A DNA stretch of 64,000 nt from Candidatus Eiseniibacteriota bacterium (GTDB taxonomy: Bacteria > Eisenbacteria > RBG-16-71-46 > JABDJR01). Shown piece after piece: positions 10,067 to 18,959 of this stretch. The notes below the pieces were generated by a model that saw only the letters and a list, made by a program, of their open reading frames with translations, ran no database searches and was not told the DNA's origin. The translations under genes were made by a program, and so were the position numbers. How positions within the stretch are numbered: position 1 is the stretch's first letter; each line of letters begins with the position of its first letter. Location: NCBI GenBank assembly GCA_963783375.1, contig CAWANH010000003.1, positions 1 to 64,000 of the forward strand. The letters run 5' to 3'.

Positions 10067-11406
10067 GCGAACATTTTTTCCACGGCTTCCACCGCCGTGG
10101 GCAGGGCGAACACCACCACCCGGTCCCCGTCCTTCACCTGGGTGTCGCCGCGGGGAATGATCACCTCGCTCCCTCGGATGATGGAACCCACCACCGCGCC
10201 CCGGGGGAAGTTCACGTCGGCCAGGGGCTTCCGCACCACCGGGGTGTCGGCATGGGCCACCAGCTCCAGGAATTCGGCCTCGTTCTCCTTGAGCTGGGCG
10301 AAGGAGAGGATGTCCCCCCGCCGGCAGAACCGCATGACCGCGGCGGCGGTGCTAAGACGCACCGAAACCGCGGCGTCCACCCCCACCACCGGGACCAGGG
10401 GCACGTAGTTGAGCCGGCGAATGACCGCGATGGTCTTCTTCGCCCCCAGGTGGCGGGCGAGGAGACAGGACATGATGTTCGTCTCCTCGTCGTTGCTGGC
10501 GGCCACGAAGGCGTCCATCTCCTTCACGTTCTCGGAGTTCAGGAGGTCCACGTCGGTTCCGTCCCCGTGGAGGACCATGACGTTGTCGAGCTCGTCGGCG
10601 GTGCGCTCGGCCTTGGCCTTCTTGACCTCGATCAGCTTCACCTGGATCTTGTGGTCGGCCAGATGACGGGCCAGGTGCCTCGAAATGGGTCCCGCCCCCA
10701 CGATCATCACGTCCTTCACCGGCTCCATCTCGTAGCCCATGAGTCGCATGAGGTCGGGCATGGCCCCGCGCTTACCCACCAGGAAGATGTGGTCGCCGGG
10801 GTGCAGGACGGTGTCGCCGTCGGGAATCAGGGTGACGCCGTCGCGGACGATGGCCACCGCGGTGGCGGGTTGGGCGCCGAAGCGGCTCGGGAGCTCCTTC
10901 AGGGGGAGCCCCACCACCGGAGCGTCCTCGGTCACGAAGGTCCCGATCATGCGGACCCGCGCGTCTCCGAAGTCGGTGACGTCGCTGGCCCCGGGGAGGG
11001 AGACCAGGCGCTCGATCTCCAGGGCGGCCACCAGGTCGGGATTGATCATGAGATCCACCCCGACCTCGCGCATGGACCGGCCGGCTCCCCGGCTGTAGTA
11101 GTCGACGTTCTTGACCCGGGCGATCCGGCGCGGGATGCCCAGGGTCTTCCCGCTCACGCAGGCCACGATGTTGACCTCGTCGGAGTCGGTCACCGCCACG
11201 ATCATGCCCGCCCCGTGGGCTCCCGCCGCGTCGAGAACGGACACGCTGGCGCCGTTCCCCTGGATCACCAGGGCGTCCAGGCTCTCCTGGGCGGCCTCGG
11301 CCCGGCCCGGGTCGGCCTCCACCAGGATGATGTCGTTCCCCTCCTGAGAGAGGTGGGAGGTGATGTGGGTGCCCACCTCCCCCGCGCCGACAACAATGAT
11401 CTTCAT
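10063..11406 (-). CDS. trkA: Trk system potassium uptake NAD-binding subunit (two RCK domain pairs)
   Basis: MKIIVVGAGEVG, SDEVN, second VGAGPI, DEETNI; start reassigned to ATG 11406; TG-C-TAGACT -10 at 11439-11447. Confidence 0.95.
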   Translation of the reverse strand: MKIIVVGAGEVGTHITSHLSQEGNDIILVEADPGRAEAAQESLDALVIQGNGASVSVLDAAGAHGAGMIVAVTDSDEVNIVACVSGKTLGIPRRIARVKNVDYYSRGAGRSMREVGVDLMINPDLVAALEIERLVSLPGASDVTDFGDARVRMIGTFVTEDAPVVGLPLKELPSRFGAQPATAVAIVRDGVTLIPDGDTVLHPGDHIFLVGKRGAMPDLMRLMGYEMEPVKDVMIVGAGPISRHLARHLADHKIQVKLIEVKKAKAERTADELDNVMVLHGDGTDVDLLNSENVKEMDAFVAASNDEETNIMSCLLARHLGAKKTIAVIRRLNYVPLVPVVGVDAAVSVRLSTAAAVMRFCRRGDILSFAQLKENEAEFLELVAHADTPVVRKPLADVNFPRGAVVGSIIRGSEVIIPRGDTQVKDGDRVVVFALPTAVEAVEKMFA

Positions 11407-11551
11407 GGTCGGACCCCCATTCCCTGCATCGGCGCGAGAGTCTAGCAGAGGCCCCCGATTTTGGGGCCGGCCGGCTGGCCGAGGGCCGGATCCGGGGACG
11501 GCCGGGCCCGTGTTCCGGCAAACGGCCGCCGGGGGGTGTAAGGTCGGGGCC

Positions 11552-11971
11552 ATGAAACAGCATCAGGAAACTCTTTCCGTATCCCCGAGGGGCCGGGGCC
11601 TTTACGAGATCAGCGCGGAGGTGTCGGAGGCGGTCCGCCGGGCGGAGGTCCGGACCGGAATCTGCCTGGTCTTCCTCCGCCACACCTCGGCCAGCCTCCT
11701 CATCCAGGAGAACGCGGACCCCAGCGCCCGGCGGGACCTGGAACGCTGGTTCGAGGAGGCCGCCCCCGACGGCGACCCGGCCTACGAGCACCGGGCCGAG
11801 GGACCCGACGACATGCCCTCCCACATCCGGGCCGCCCTCACCTCCACCTCGGAGCAGATCCCGGTGGTGAACGGAGGGCTGGGGCTCGGCACCTGGCAGG
11901 GGCTCTACCTGTTCGAACACCGGCTCCGGCCGGGGACCCGGACGCTCATCATCCACGTCTGGGGGGAGTGA
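11552..11971 (+). CDS. yjbQ: YjbQ/UPF0047 family protein
   Basis: HTSASLLIQENADP, EGPDDMPSHIR, LGTWQGLYLFEHR. Confidence 0.93.
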   Translation: MKQHQETLSVSPRGRGLYEISAEVSEAVRRAEVRTGICLVFLRHTSASLLIQENADPSARRDLERWFEEAAPDGDPAYEHRAEGPDDMPSHIRAALTSTSEQIPVVNGGLGLGTWQGLYLFEHRLRPGTRTLIIHVWGE

Positions 11972-12022
11972 CCGCGGGCCGGGGTTCGGGGGCCGGCCGC
12001 GCTCCGGAACAGGCTCCCGGGC

Positions 12023-13141
12023 TCACCCGCGGTCCGGCTTCCCCTCCGCGCCCGCGCTCAGCCGCTCGAGGGCCCACGCGGCGTGCTCCCGGACCAGCTC
12101 GGAAGGATCGCCCAGGGCCCGGGTCAGGGCCTCCACCGCACCCGGCCCGCCCACGTTCCCCAGGGCCACGCAGGCGTTCCGGGCCAGCCCCTCCCGCCGG
12201 GCCCGCATGACCGGGCTGCCGGCGAAGCGGCGGAGGAAGGCGGCCCCGTCCATGGCCGTGAGTTCGGCCAGGAGGGGGGCGGCGGAGCCCGGCCGGGGCC
12301 GGAAGTCCGCCACCCGCGAGGCCTCGGCGAAGCGGTTCCAGGGACAGACCTCCAGGCAATCGTCGCAGCCGAACACGTGGTCGCCCATGAGCGGCCGAAG
12401 CTCCGCCGGGATCGCACCCCGGTGCTCGATGGTGAGGTACGAGATGCAGAGGGTGGCGTCCAGGCGGTAGGGACCGGTGATGGCCCCGGTGGGACAGGCG
12501 GCGATGCAGCGGGTGCAGGTCCCGCAGTGATCGGATTCGGGGGGATCGGGGTCCAGCTCGAGGTCGGTGAGAACCTCGCCCAGGAGGAGCCAGGAGCCCC
12601 GGCGCCGGCTCACCAGGTTGGTGTGCTTGCCGCGCCAGCCCAGACCGGCCCGCTCGGCCCAGAGCTTCTCCAGCACCGGTCCGGTGTCCACGTACCGCTT
12701 GGTGCCCACCCCGGGGAACCGTTCGGCGAGCAGGGTTTCGAGGCGCCGGAGCCCCGCGGTGAAGACCTTGTGGTAGTCCCGGCCCCGGGCGTAGCGGGCG
12801 ACGCGGCCTCGGGGGCCGGCGCCGGACCCGGACGAAGGCGCGGTATCCGGGGCGGCCGGGGACGGCTCCGGCGCCCTCCCCCCCCCTTCCGGCTCCCAGT
12901 AGTTGAGGGCCACGCAGAGGATCGAGCGCGCCCCTGGAAGCACCCGCTCGGGGTCCAGGCGGCGCTCCGGGTCGCGGGACAGGTAGCCCATGGTGCCGTG
13001 GCGTCCGGCGGCGATCCAGTCCCGGTACCGCTTCCCGTCGTCGGTCCCAGCCAGGGGCGAGAGGACGGCCACGCCGATCTCGTCGAAACCGGCCTCCCGG
13101 GCGAGGCCCCGGGCGATCGCGCTTCTCTCCGCGGGGGTCAT
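12023..13141 (-). CDS. queG: Epoxyqueuosine reductase
   Basis: ARYARGRDYH, YVDTGPVLEK, CGTCTRCIAACPT, CISYLTIE, GCDDCLEVCPWN, C-terminal HEAT-like repeat; start ATG 13141. Confidence 0.95.
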   Translation of the reverse strand: MTPAERSAIARGLAREAGFDEIGVAVLSPLAGTDDGKRYRDWIAAGRHGTMGYLSRDPERRLDPERVLPGARSILCVALNYWEPEGGGRAPEPSPAAPDTAPSSGSGAGPRGRVARYARGRDYHKVFTAGLRRLETLLAERFPGVGTKRYVDTGPVLEKLWAERAGLGWRGKHTNLVSRRRGSWLLLGEVLTDLELDPDPPESDHCGTCTRCIAACPTGAITGPYRLDATLCISYLTIEHRGAIPAELRPLMGDHVFGCDDCLEVCPWNRFAEASRVADFRPRPGSAAPLLAELTAMDGAAFLRRFAGSPVMRARREGLARNACVALGNVGGPGAVEALTRALGDPSELVREHAAWALERLSAGAEGKPDRG

Positions 13142-13325
13142 CGGCCCAGTATACCAACCTCCCGAGGCCGGCCGGGCCGGTCCCCGGCGGGAGAGGCGGG
13201 GCCCGGCGGGATATGACATAATTGTCCGCTCGAACAGAGCGTCCCGCGGGCGGCCCCGGAAGGAGATCGGACCGTCGTCCGGCTCCGCCTTCCCGCGGGC
13301 GACGAACGGTGCGAAGAGGAGCATC

Positions 13326-14942
13326 ATGTCCCGATTCGTCCTGACCGGAACCCTGGCCGGCAAACCCCTCCGCTACGAACTCCGTCCCGGCACCTACGTG
13401 GTCGGGCGGTCCTCGGATTGCGAGATCCCGCTCACCGACAACGCCATCTCGCGGCGCCACGCGGAGTTCGTGCTGGAGAAGAACCGGATCCTGGTCCGGG
13501 ATCTCGGGAGCACCAACGGCACCTTCGTGAACGGCGAGCGCCTGGAGGGCGAGAAACCCGTGAACCGGGGGGACCAGGTCCGCTTCGGCCACGTGACCCT
13601 CTCCCTGGCCGAACAGGAGACCGCCCGCCTTGCCGGTTTCGCCCCCGAGGGGACCATGGTCACCATGACCACCTCGGTGCGGGAGATCAAGGAGGAGACC
13701 GAACGCACCCGCTCCGAGGGCAAGTTCGTGGCCCTGCTCGAGGCCGGCCAGATGCTGAGCCGGAAGATGGAGCTCTCGGATCTCTACGAGGCCATGCTCG
13801 AGCTGGTCGAGCGCTTCATCAAGGCCAGCCGCATCCTCATCCTCTCCAAGGAGACCAAGGCGGACGGATCGCCGGAGATCCTGGCCGCGCGCCTGGTGGG
13901 GAGCACCGCCGACGAGCCGCTCCGCATGAGCCACACCATGCTCCGGGAGGTGCTGGAGGGCGGACGCTCCTTCCTGACCTCCGACGCCGCCACCGACGAA
14001 CGGTTCAACGCCACCGAGAGCATCATCCGGACCGGGGTCCACGCGGCCATGGGCGCCCCGCTCTTCGACAACGACCGGGTCCTGGGGGCCATCTACGTGG
14101 ATTCCCGGGTGGCCGGGGTGGCCTTCCAGGCCGACGACCTCCGCCTCCTCACCCTGCTCGCCAACATGCTCGCGGTCAAGGTCACCAACAGCCGCCTGGA
14201 AGAGGTGGAGCGCCACCAGGAGCGGATCCAGCAGGAGCTGGCCCTGGCCGCCCGGATCCAGAGGAACCTTCTCCATCGCTTCCCGGAACCGACCGCGGGC
14301 TACGACGTCTTCACCCACCAGACCCCCTGCTACGAGGTCGGGGGAGATCTCTTCGACGTGCGCCGGCGCTCCGACGGGCGGGTCTGGCTCATGCTGGGGG
14401 ACGTGACCGGAAAGGGCATCGGGGCGGCCATGCTCATGGCCACGGTCATGGCCAGCCTCCAGATCCTCGAGGAGGACTGCACCGATCCCCTGGATCTGGT
14501 GAATCGTCTGGAGAATCACCTGGCCCGGCACGTGGAGACCGGAACCTACGTCACCCTCTTCGCCGGGCTCCTCGATCCGGAGACCGGGACCCTCCGCTAC
14601 GTGAACGCCGGCCACAACCCGCCGGTCCTCCTCGGGGATGGGGATCCCCGCACCCTCGACTCCACCGGACTTCCCGTGGCCATGCTTCCCGGCATGACCC
14701 GGACCGCGGCCGAGACCGACCTCATCAACGGCGACAGCCTCCTCATCTTCTCGGACGGCATCCCCGAGACCGAGAAGGACGGGGTCCAGTACGAGGAGGG
14801 GCGGATGGACGCATTCCTGGGCGAGGTCGAAGGGTGGGACTGCGAGACGCTGGGGAAACGGCTCCTGGCCGACGTCGAGGATTTCCGAGGGGATGAGCCC
14901 CCCTCCGACGATCTCACCCTGGTGGTGGTGAGGCGGCTCTGA
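13326..14942 (+). CDS. FHA-GAF-PP2C (SpoIIE/RsbU-type) serine phosphatase
   Basis: FHA GRSS...SRRHA...DLGSTNGT; GAF middle region; VGGDLFD, GDVTGKG, NAGHNPP, SDGI, DDLT. Confidence 0.93.
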   Translation: MSRFVLTGTLAGKPLRYELRPGTYVVGRSSDCEIPLTDNAISRRHAEFVLEKNRILVRDLGSTNGTFVNGERLEGEKPVNRGDQVRFGHVTLSLAEQETARLAGFAPEGTMVTMTTSVREIKEETERTRSEGKFVALLEAGQMLSRKMELSDLYEAMLELVERFIKASRILILSKETKADGSPEILAARLVGSTADEPLRMSHTMLREVLEGGRSFLTSDAATDERFNATESIIRTGVHAAMGAPLFDNDRVLGAIYVDSRVAGVAFQADDLRLLTLLANMLAVKVTNSRLEEVERHQERIQQELALAARIQRNLLHRFPEPTAGYDVFTHQTPCYEVGGDLFDVRRRSDGRVWLMLGDVTGKGIGAAMLMATVMASLQILEEDCTDPLDLVNRLENHLARHVETGTYVTLFAGLLDPETGTLRYVNAGHNPPVLLGDGDPRTLDSTGLPVAMLPGMTRTAAETDLINGDSLLIFSDGIPETEKDGVQYEEGRMDAFLGEVEGWDCETLGKRLLADVEDFRGDEPPSDDLTLVVVRRL

Positions 14943-15033
14943 GCCGAGCGACCGGCCCCGCCCGCTCCCGGCGCCGGGACCGCCGCGGGCGTGGATGTCC
15001 CATGCGCGCCCCCCACTCCGTATACTTGGACGT

Positions 15034-15966
15034 ATGAACCCCCAGCTCGCCTCCGGAACCGCGTCCCGTCCCGCCCACCTGGCCCTTCAGGAGTTGGGCT
15101 CGATCTGGTTCCAGGTCACCGGCCTCCTCTGCAACCTGGAATGCACCCACTGCCTGGTGGATTCCTCCCCGCGGAACAAGACGATGGCCTTCCTGGAGCG
15201 CGAGACGATCCGGCGGCGGCTGGCCGAGGCGGACGCCCTGGGGGTGAAGGAGATCTACTTCACCGGCGGCGAACCCTTCCTCCATCCGGAGATGACGGAT
15301 ATCCTGGCCGATGCCCTGGCCGTCGGCCCCACCACCGTGCTCACCAACGGGATCCTGGTCACCGAGCGCCTGGCCGCTTCGCTGGCCGGGGCGGCCCGCG
15401 CCTCCCGCTATTCCCTGGAGATTCGGGTGAGCCTCGATCATCCCGACCCCGAACGGAACGACGCGGTTCGCGGGACGGGGGCCCACGCCAAGGCGGTTCG
15501 CGCGGTGCGGCGGCTGGAGGCGGCGGGGCTCCTCCCCATCGTCACCGCCACCGAGTACCTGATGGATCCGCCCCCCGAGGCCTCGGAGGGCGGGCGCCGG
15601 AGCCCGGGGCGGAGCGCGCCGCCGGAGGGCATGTACGACGCCTTCCACCGCATGCTGCGGGACGCCGGGGTCCGCCGGCCGCGGCTCAAGATCATGCCGG
15701 TGTTCCGGGTTGGAAAGCTCGAGGATCCCGCCGACGGGGGGGCGATCACCGAGGACATGATGGAGGGTCTGGACCCGATGCTCCTCCAGTGCGGCTCGAC
15801 CCGGGTGGTGACCGCGGACGGGATCTACGCCTGCCCGATCCTGGTGGGGAAACGCGTGGCCCTCATGGGCCGGGGCGATCTGGCCGGGGCCCTCGGCGCC
15901 GCGCCCCTGACCCACCATGCCTGCCGGACCTGTTACGACACCGGCATGACCTGCGGGAACTTCTGA
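15034..15966 (+). CDS. Radical SAM protein with Cys-rich C-terminus
   Basis: CNLECTHC (CxxxCxxC), FTGGEPF, LTNG, C-terminal C...YACPIL...CRTCYDTGMTC. Confidence 0.9.
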   Translation: MNPQLASGTASRPAHLALQELGSIWFQVTGLLCNLECTHCLVDSSPRNKTMAFLERETIRRRLAEADALGVKEIYFTGGEPFLHPEMTDILADALAVGPTTVLTNGILVTERLAASLAGAARASRYSLEIRVSLDHPDPERNDAVRGTGAHAKAVRAVRRLEAAGLLPIVTATEYLMDPPPEASEGGRRSPGRSAPPEGMYDAFHRMLRDAGVRRPRLKIMPVFRVGKLEDPADGGAITEDMMEGLDPMLLQCGSTRVVTADGIYACPILVGKRVALMGRGDLAGALGAAPLTHHACRTCYDTGMTCGNF

Positions 15967-16015
15967 TCGTGGCGCGCTCCGCCTCGCCGCGGCCTTCCCG
16001 CCGGGGACTCCCCGC

Positions 16016-16864
16016 GTGGTGAGCGCGGGGCCGGACGCCGCCGCCGCGGTGGCCGGGGCGGAACGGGTGGACGGCGCGTTCCGCCGGGTCGCGGTCTTCG
16101 GGGGGATCTACAACAACTACCTGGCCCTGGCCGAGGCGATCGACGACGCCGGCCGACGGGGGGCGGAGGCTCTCTTCTGCCTGGGGGACCTCGGGGGGTT
16201 CGGGCCCCATCCCGACCGGGTCTTTCCCCTGCTCCGGGAACACCGGGTACGGGTCATGCGGGGGAACTACGACGTCTCGGTGTCGTCGGGTCTCGACGAC
16301 TGCGGTTGCGGCTACACCGATCCCCGCGACAACCGGTTCGCCCAGCTTTCCTATGACTACACGTTTTCGCACACATCCGCGGAAAACCGGCGATGGATGG
16401 CCGGCCTCCCCCCCGCGTTCCGTTTCCGGCTGGGGGAGATCGAGGTGGCGACCTGTCACGGCTCCCCCCGCCGCCTGAACGAGTTCCTGTGGGAGAGCGC
16501 CACCCCCGACGGGCTCCTCCGCCGCTTCCTCGACGCCGCCGGGGCCGGGGTCATCCTCGCCACCCACACCGGGATCAAGTGGAGCCGCCGTCTTCCCGAC
16601 GGACGGGGGTTCGTCAACGTGGGGGTCCTGGGGCGGCCGGAGAACGACGGGACCCCCGGGGTCTGGTACACGCTCCTGGAGGCGGATCCCCGGCGCGGCT
16701 GGCGGGAAACCTTCGTGCCGGTCCGCTACGACCACGAGCGGCTGGCCCGGGAGATGCGGGACGAGGGGCTCCCGGAGGAGTTCGTGGAGACCACCCTCAC
16801 CGGGTGGTGGACCACCTGCCTGGAGATCCTCCCGGCCAAGGAGCGGGTCCGCGGACGCTACTGA
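16016..16864 (+). CDS. Calcineurin-like metallophosphoesterase with CGCGY motif
   Basis: CLGDL, RGNYD, CHGSP, THTG, NVGVLGRP; start uncertain. Confidence 0.88.
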   Translation: MVSAGPDAAAAVAGAERVDGAFRRVAVFGGIYNNYLALAEAIDDAGRRGAEALFCLGDLGGFGPHPDRVFPLLREHRVRVMRGNYDVSVSSGLDDCGCGYTDPRDNRFAQLSYDYTFSHTSAENRRWMAGLPPAFRFRLGEIEVATCHGSPRRLNEFLWESATPDGLLRRFLDAAGAGVILATHTGIKWSRRLPDGRGFVNVGVLGRPENDGTPGVWYTLLEADPRRGWRETFVPVRYDHERLAREMRDEGLPEEFVETTLTGWWTTCLEILPAKERVRGRY

Positions 16865-18828
16865 CCGGTCTCGAAGAGCGGCGCGATCCCGATCAGGTCG
16901 TCCGAGGCGCCCAACAGGACCAGGGCGTCCCCCGCCTCGATCCGCTCCTCTCCCCCCGGGTTGGCCCGAACCTCCTCCCCGCGATGCAGGGCGAGCACGG
17001 TGACCCGGTGGCGGCGGCGGAACTCCAGGTCGGCCAGGGTGCGGGCGGCGGCCGCGGAGCCCGGCTCGGCCCGGAACACGGTGATCTCGAGGCCGGGCAG
17101 CGCCCGCTCTATCCCCCCTGCGGTGAGCCGGCCCGGCGATCCGGAACGGAGCATCTGGTAGCCCTCGGCCCGGATGTCCGCGGCCACCGCGTCGATATCC
17201 CCCTTCGCCACCAGGTACGCGCCCAGAACCCGGGTGAAGATCTCCACCGAGGTCTCGAACTCCTCGGGGATCACCTGGTCGGCCCCCAGGGCGACCAGCT
17301 CCTCGAGGTCGCGAACGAAACGGGTCCGGACGATGAGATGGAGAGCCGGATTCATCCGCCGGGCGGCGGCCACCACGGTGCGGATGGCCACGGGGTCGGC
17401 GATGGCCACCGCCAGGACCCGGGCCGACCCAACCCCCGCCGAGCGGAGCACCGACTCGTGCACCGCATCCCCGTAGAAAACCGGTTCGCCGCGGGACCGG
17501 GCCGACTTGACCGTCTCGGAGTTCATCTCGAGGCCGAGGTGGGGAATCCCCGCCGCGGTGGCCGCCCGGGCCACGTTCCGGCCCACCAGGCCGTACCCCA
17601 CGATGACCAGGTGGTCGGTGAGAGCGGTCTTCCGGCCGCCGAGCCGGGACTCCTTCGGACCCCCTTCCCGGCTGCGGCGACCGAGGGCCCGCCCCCACCG
17701 GGGCGCCGCCGCCACCAGGAGCGGCGTGACCCCCATGGTGAGCAGGATGACCGCCAGGGCGACCTGGTAGGTCGTCCCCTCGACCAGTCCCCGGTCGCTC
17801 CCCGTCTTCAGCAGCACGAAGGCGAACTCTCCCACCTGCGCCAACACGATTCCGCTCTGGATCGCGGTCCGGGGCGGAAAGCGAAGGAGGAGCAGCACCC
17901 CGGCGGTGAGCGCCGCCTTGAGCAGCATCACCCCGATCGCGGCGGGGATCACCACCGCCCAGTGCTCGGCGGCGATCCGCAGGTTCACCAGCATTCCGAT
18001 GGAGATGAAGAAGAAGCTGGTGAAGACGTGGCGAAGGGGAAGCACGTTGGCCAGGGCCTGGTGGCCGTACTCCGACGAGGAGATGATCAGCCCGGCCATG
18101 AAGGCCCCCAGGGCCAGGGAGAGGTGGGCTTTGTAGGTGAGCCAGGCCACGGCCAGACACATGGCCACCACGCTGATCACGAAGAGCTCGCCGTCCCGGG
18201 TCCGCACGATCTGGTGAAGGGCCCAGGGAACCACCCACCGGGCCAGGACGGCCAGGGCGAGAAGCACCCCGGTGCCCAGAAGCTCGGGAACCAGATCTTC
18301 CCCGGTCCGGAGCGAGGCGCCGGCCAGGAGCGGGACGGCCAGGATCATCGGGGCCACGAGCAGGTCCTGCACCACCAGGATCCCCAGGGCCGCGGTCCCG
18401 TGGGGAGCCTCCAGCTCCGCCCGCTCCTGGAGGGAGCGGAGCACGATCGCGGTGCTGCTCAAGGCGAGGAGTAGCCCCAGGAACACCGCGCGCCCGGCCC
18501 CCTCCCCCGCGGCGGCCAGGATCCCCGCCCCCACGCCTACGGTGACCAGGACCTGGAGCGCGCCGGCCGCTCCCACCCGCTTCATCCTCCCCAGGGCGCC
18601 GACGGGGATTTCCAGACCGATGGTGAAGAGGAGGAGCACGACCCCCATCTCGGCCAGCACCTCCACCTCGTGGCCGGCGCCGACCAGGGCCAGGCCGGAG
18701 GGTCCGGCCACCATCCCGGCCACGATGAAGCCCAGCACGGTGGGCACCCGCAACCGATGGAAGAGGACAAGCAGCACCGAGGAGAGGAGAAGGACGACGA
18801 CGACGTGGTTGAAGATGGGTGCGTTCAT
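16858..18828 (-). CDS. CPA2/Kef-type cation:proton antiporter with RCK-N and RCK-C domains
   Basis: LLFTIGLE, LSSTAIV, QDL, LGAFMAG, QVGEFAFVL, VGYGLVG, GDA, PEEFETS. Confidence 0.94.
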   Translation of the reverse strand: MNAPIFNHVVVVLLLSSVLLVLFHRLRVPTVLGFIVAGMVAGPSGLALVGAGHEVEVLAEMGVVLLLFTIGLEIPVGALGRMKRVGAAGALQVLVTVGVGAGILAAAGEGAGRAVFLGLLLALSSTAIVLRSLQERAELEAPHGTAALGILVVQDLLVAPMILAVPLLAGASLRTGEDLVPELLGTGVLLALAVLARWVVPWALHQIVRTRDGELFVISVVAMCLAVAWLTYKAHLSLALGAFMAGLIISSSEYGHQALANVLPLRHVFTSFFFISIGMLVNLRIAAEHWAVVIPAAIGVMLLKAALTAGVLLLLRFPPRTAIQSGIVLAQVGEFAFVLLKTGSDRGLVEGTTYQVALAVILLTMGVTPLLVAAAPRWGRALGRRSREGGPKESRLGGRKTALTDHLVIVGYGLVGRNVARAATAAGIPHLGLEMNSETVKSARSRGEPVFYGDAVHESVLRSAGVGSARVLAVAIADPVAIRTVVAAARRMNPALHLIVRTRFVRDLEELVALGADQVIPEEFETSVEIFTRVLGAYLVAKGDIDAVAADIRAEGYQMLRSGSPGRLTAGGIERALPGLEITVFRAEPGSAAAARTLADLEFRRRHRVTVLALHRGEEVRANPGGEERIEAGDALVLLGASDDLIGIAPLFETGQ

Positions 18829-18959
18829 GCTCGGGCCGGGGTTCGGGACGCGGACTCCGGGACTCGAGCCCGGAGCATACTATGCGGGGGGGGTGGTTGC
18901 CGAGGCGGCCGGAGCGGGCGGGCGGCCCGGGTTGCGGGGCCGCGCCGGGCCGGACCGGC

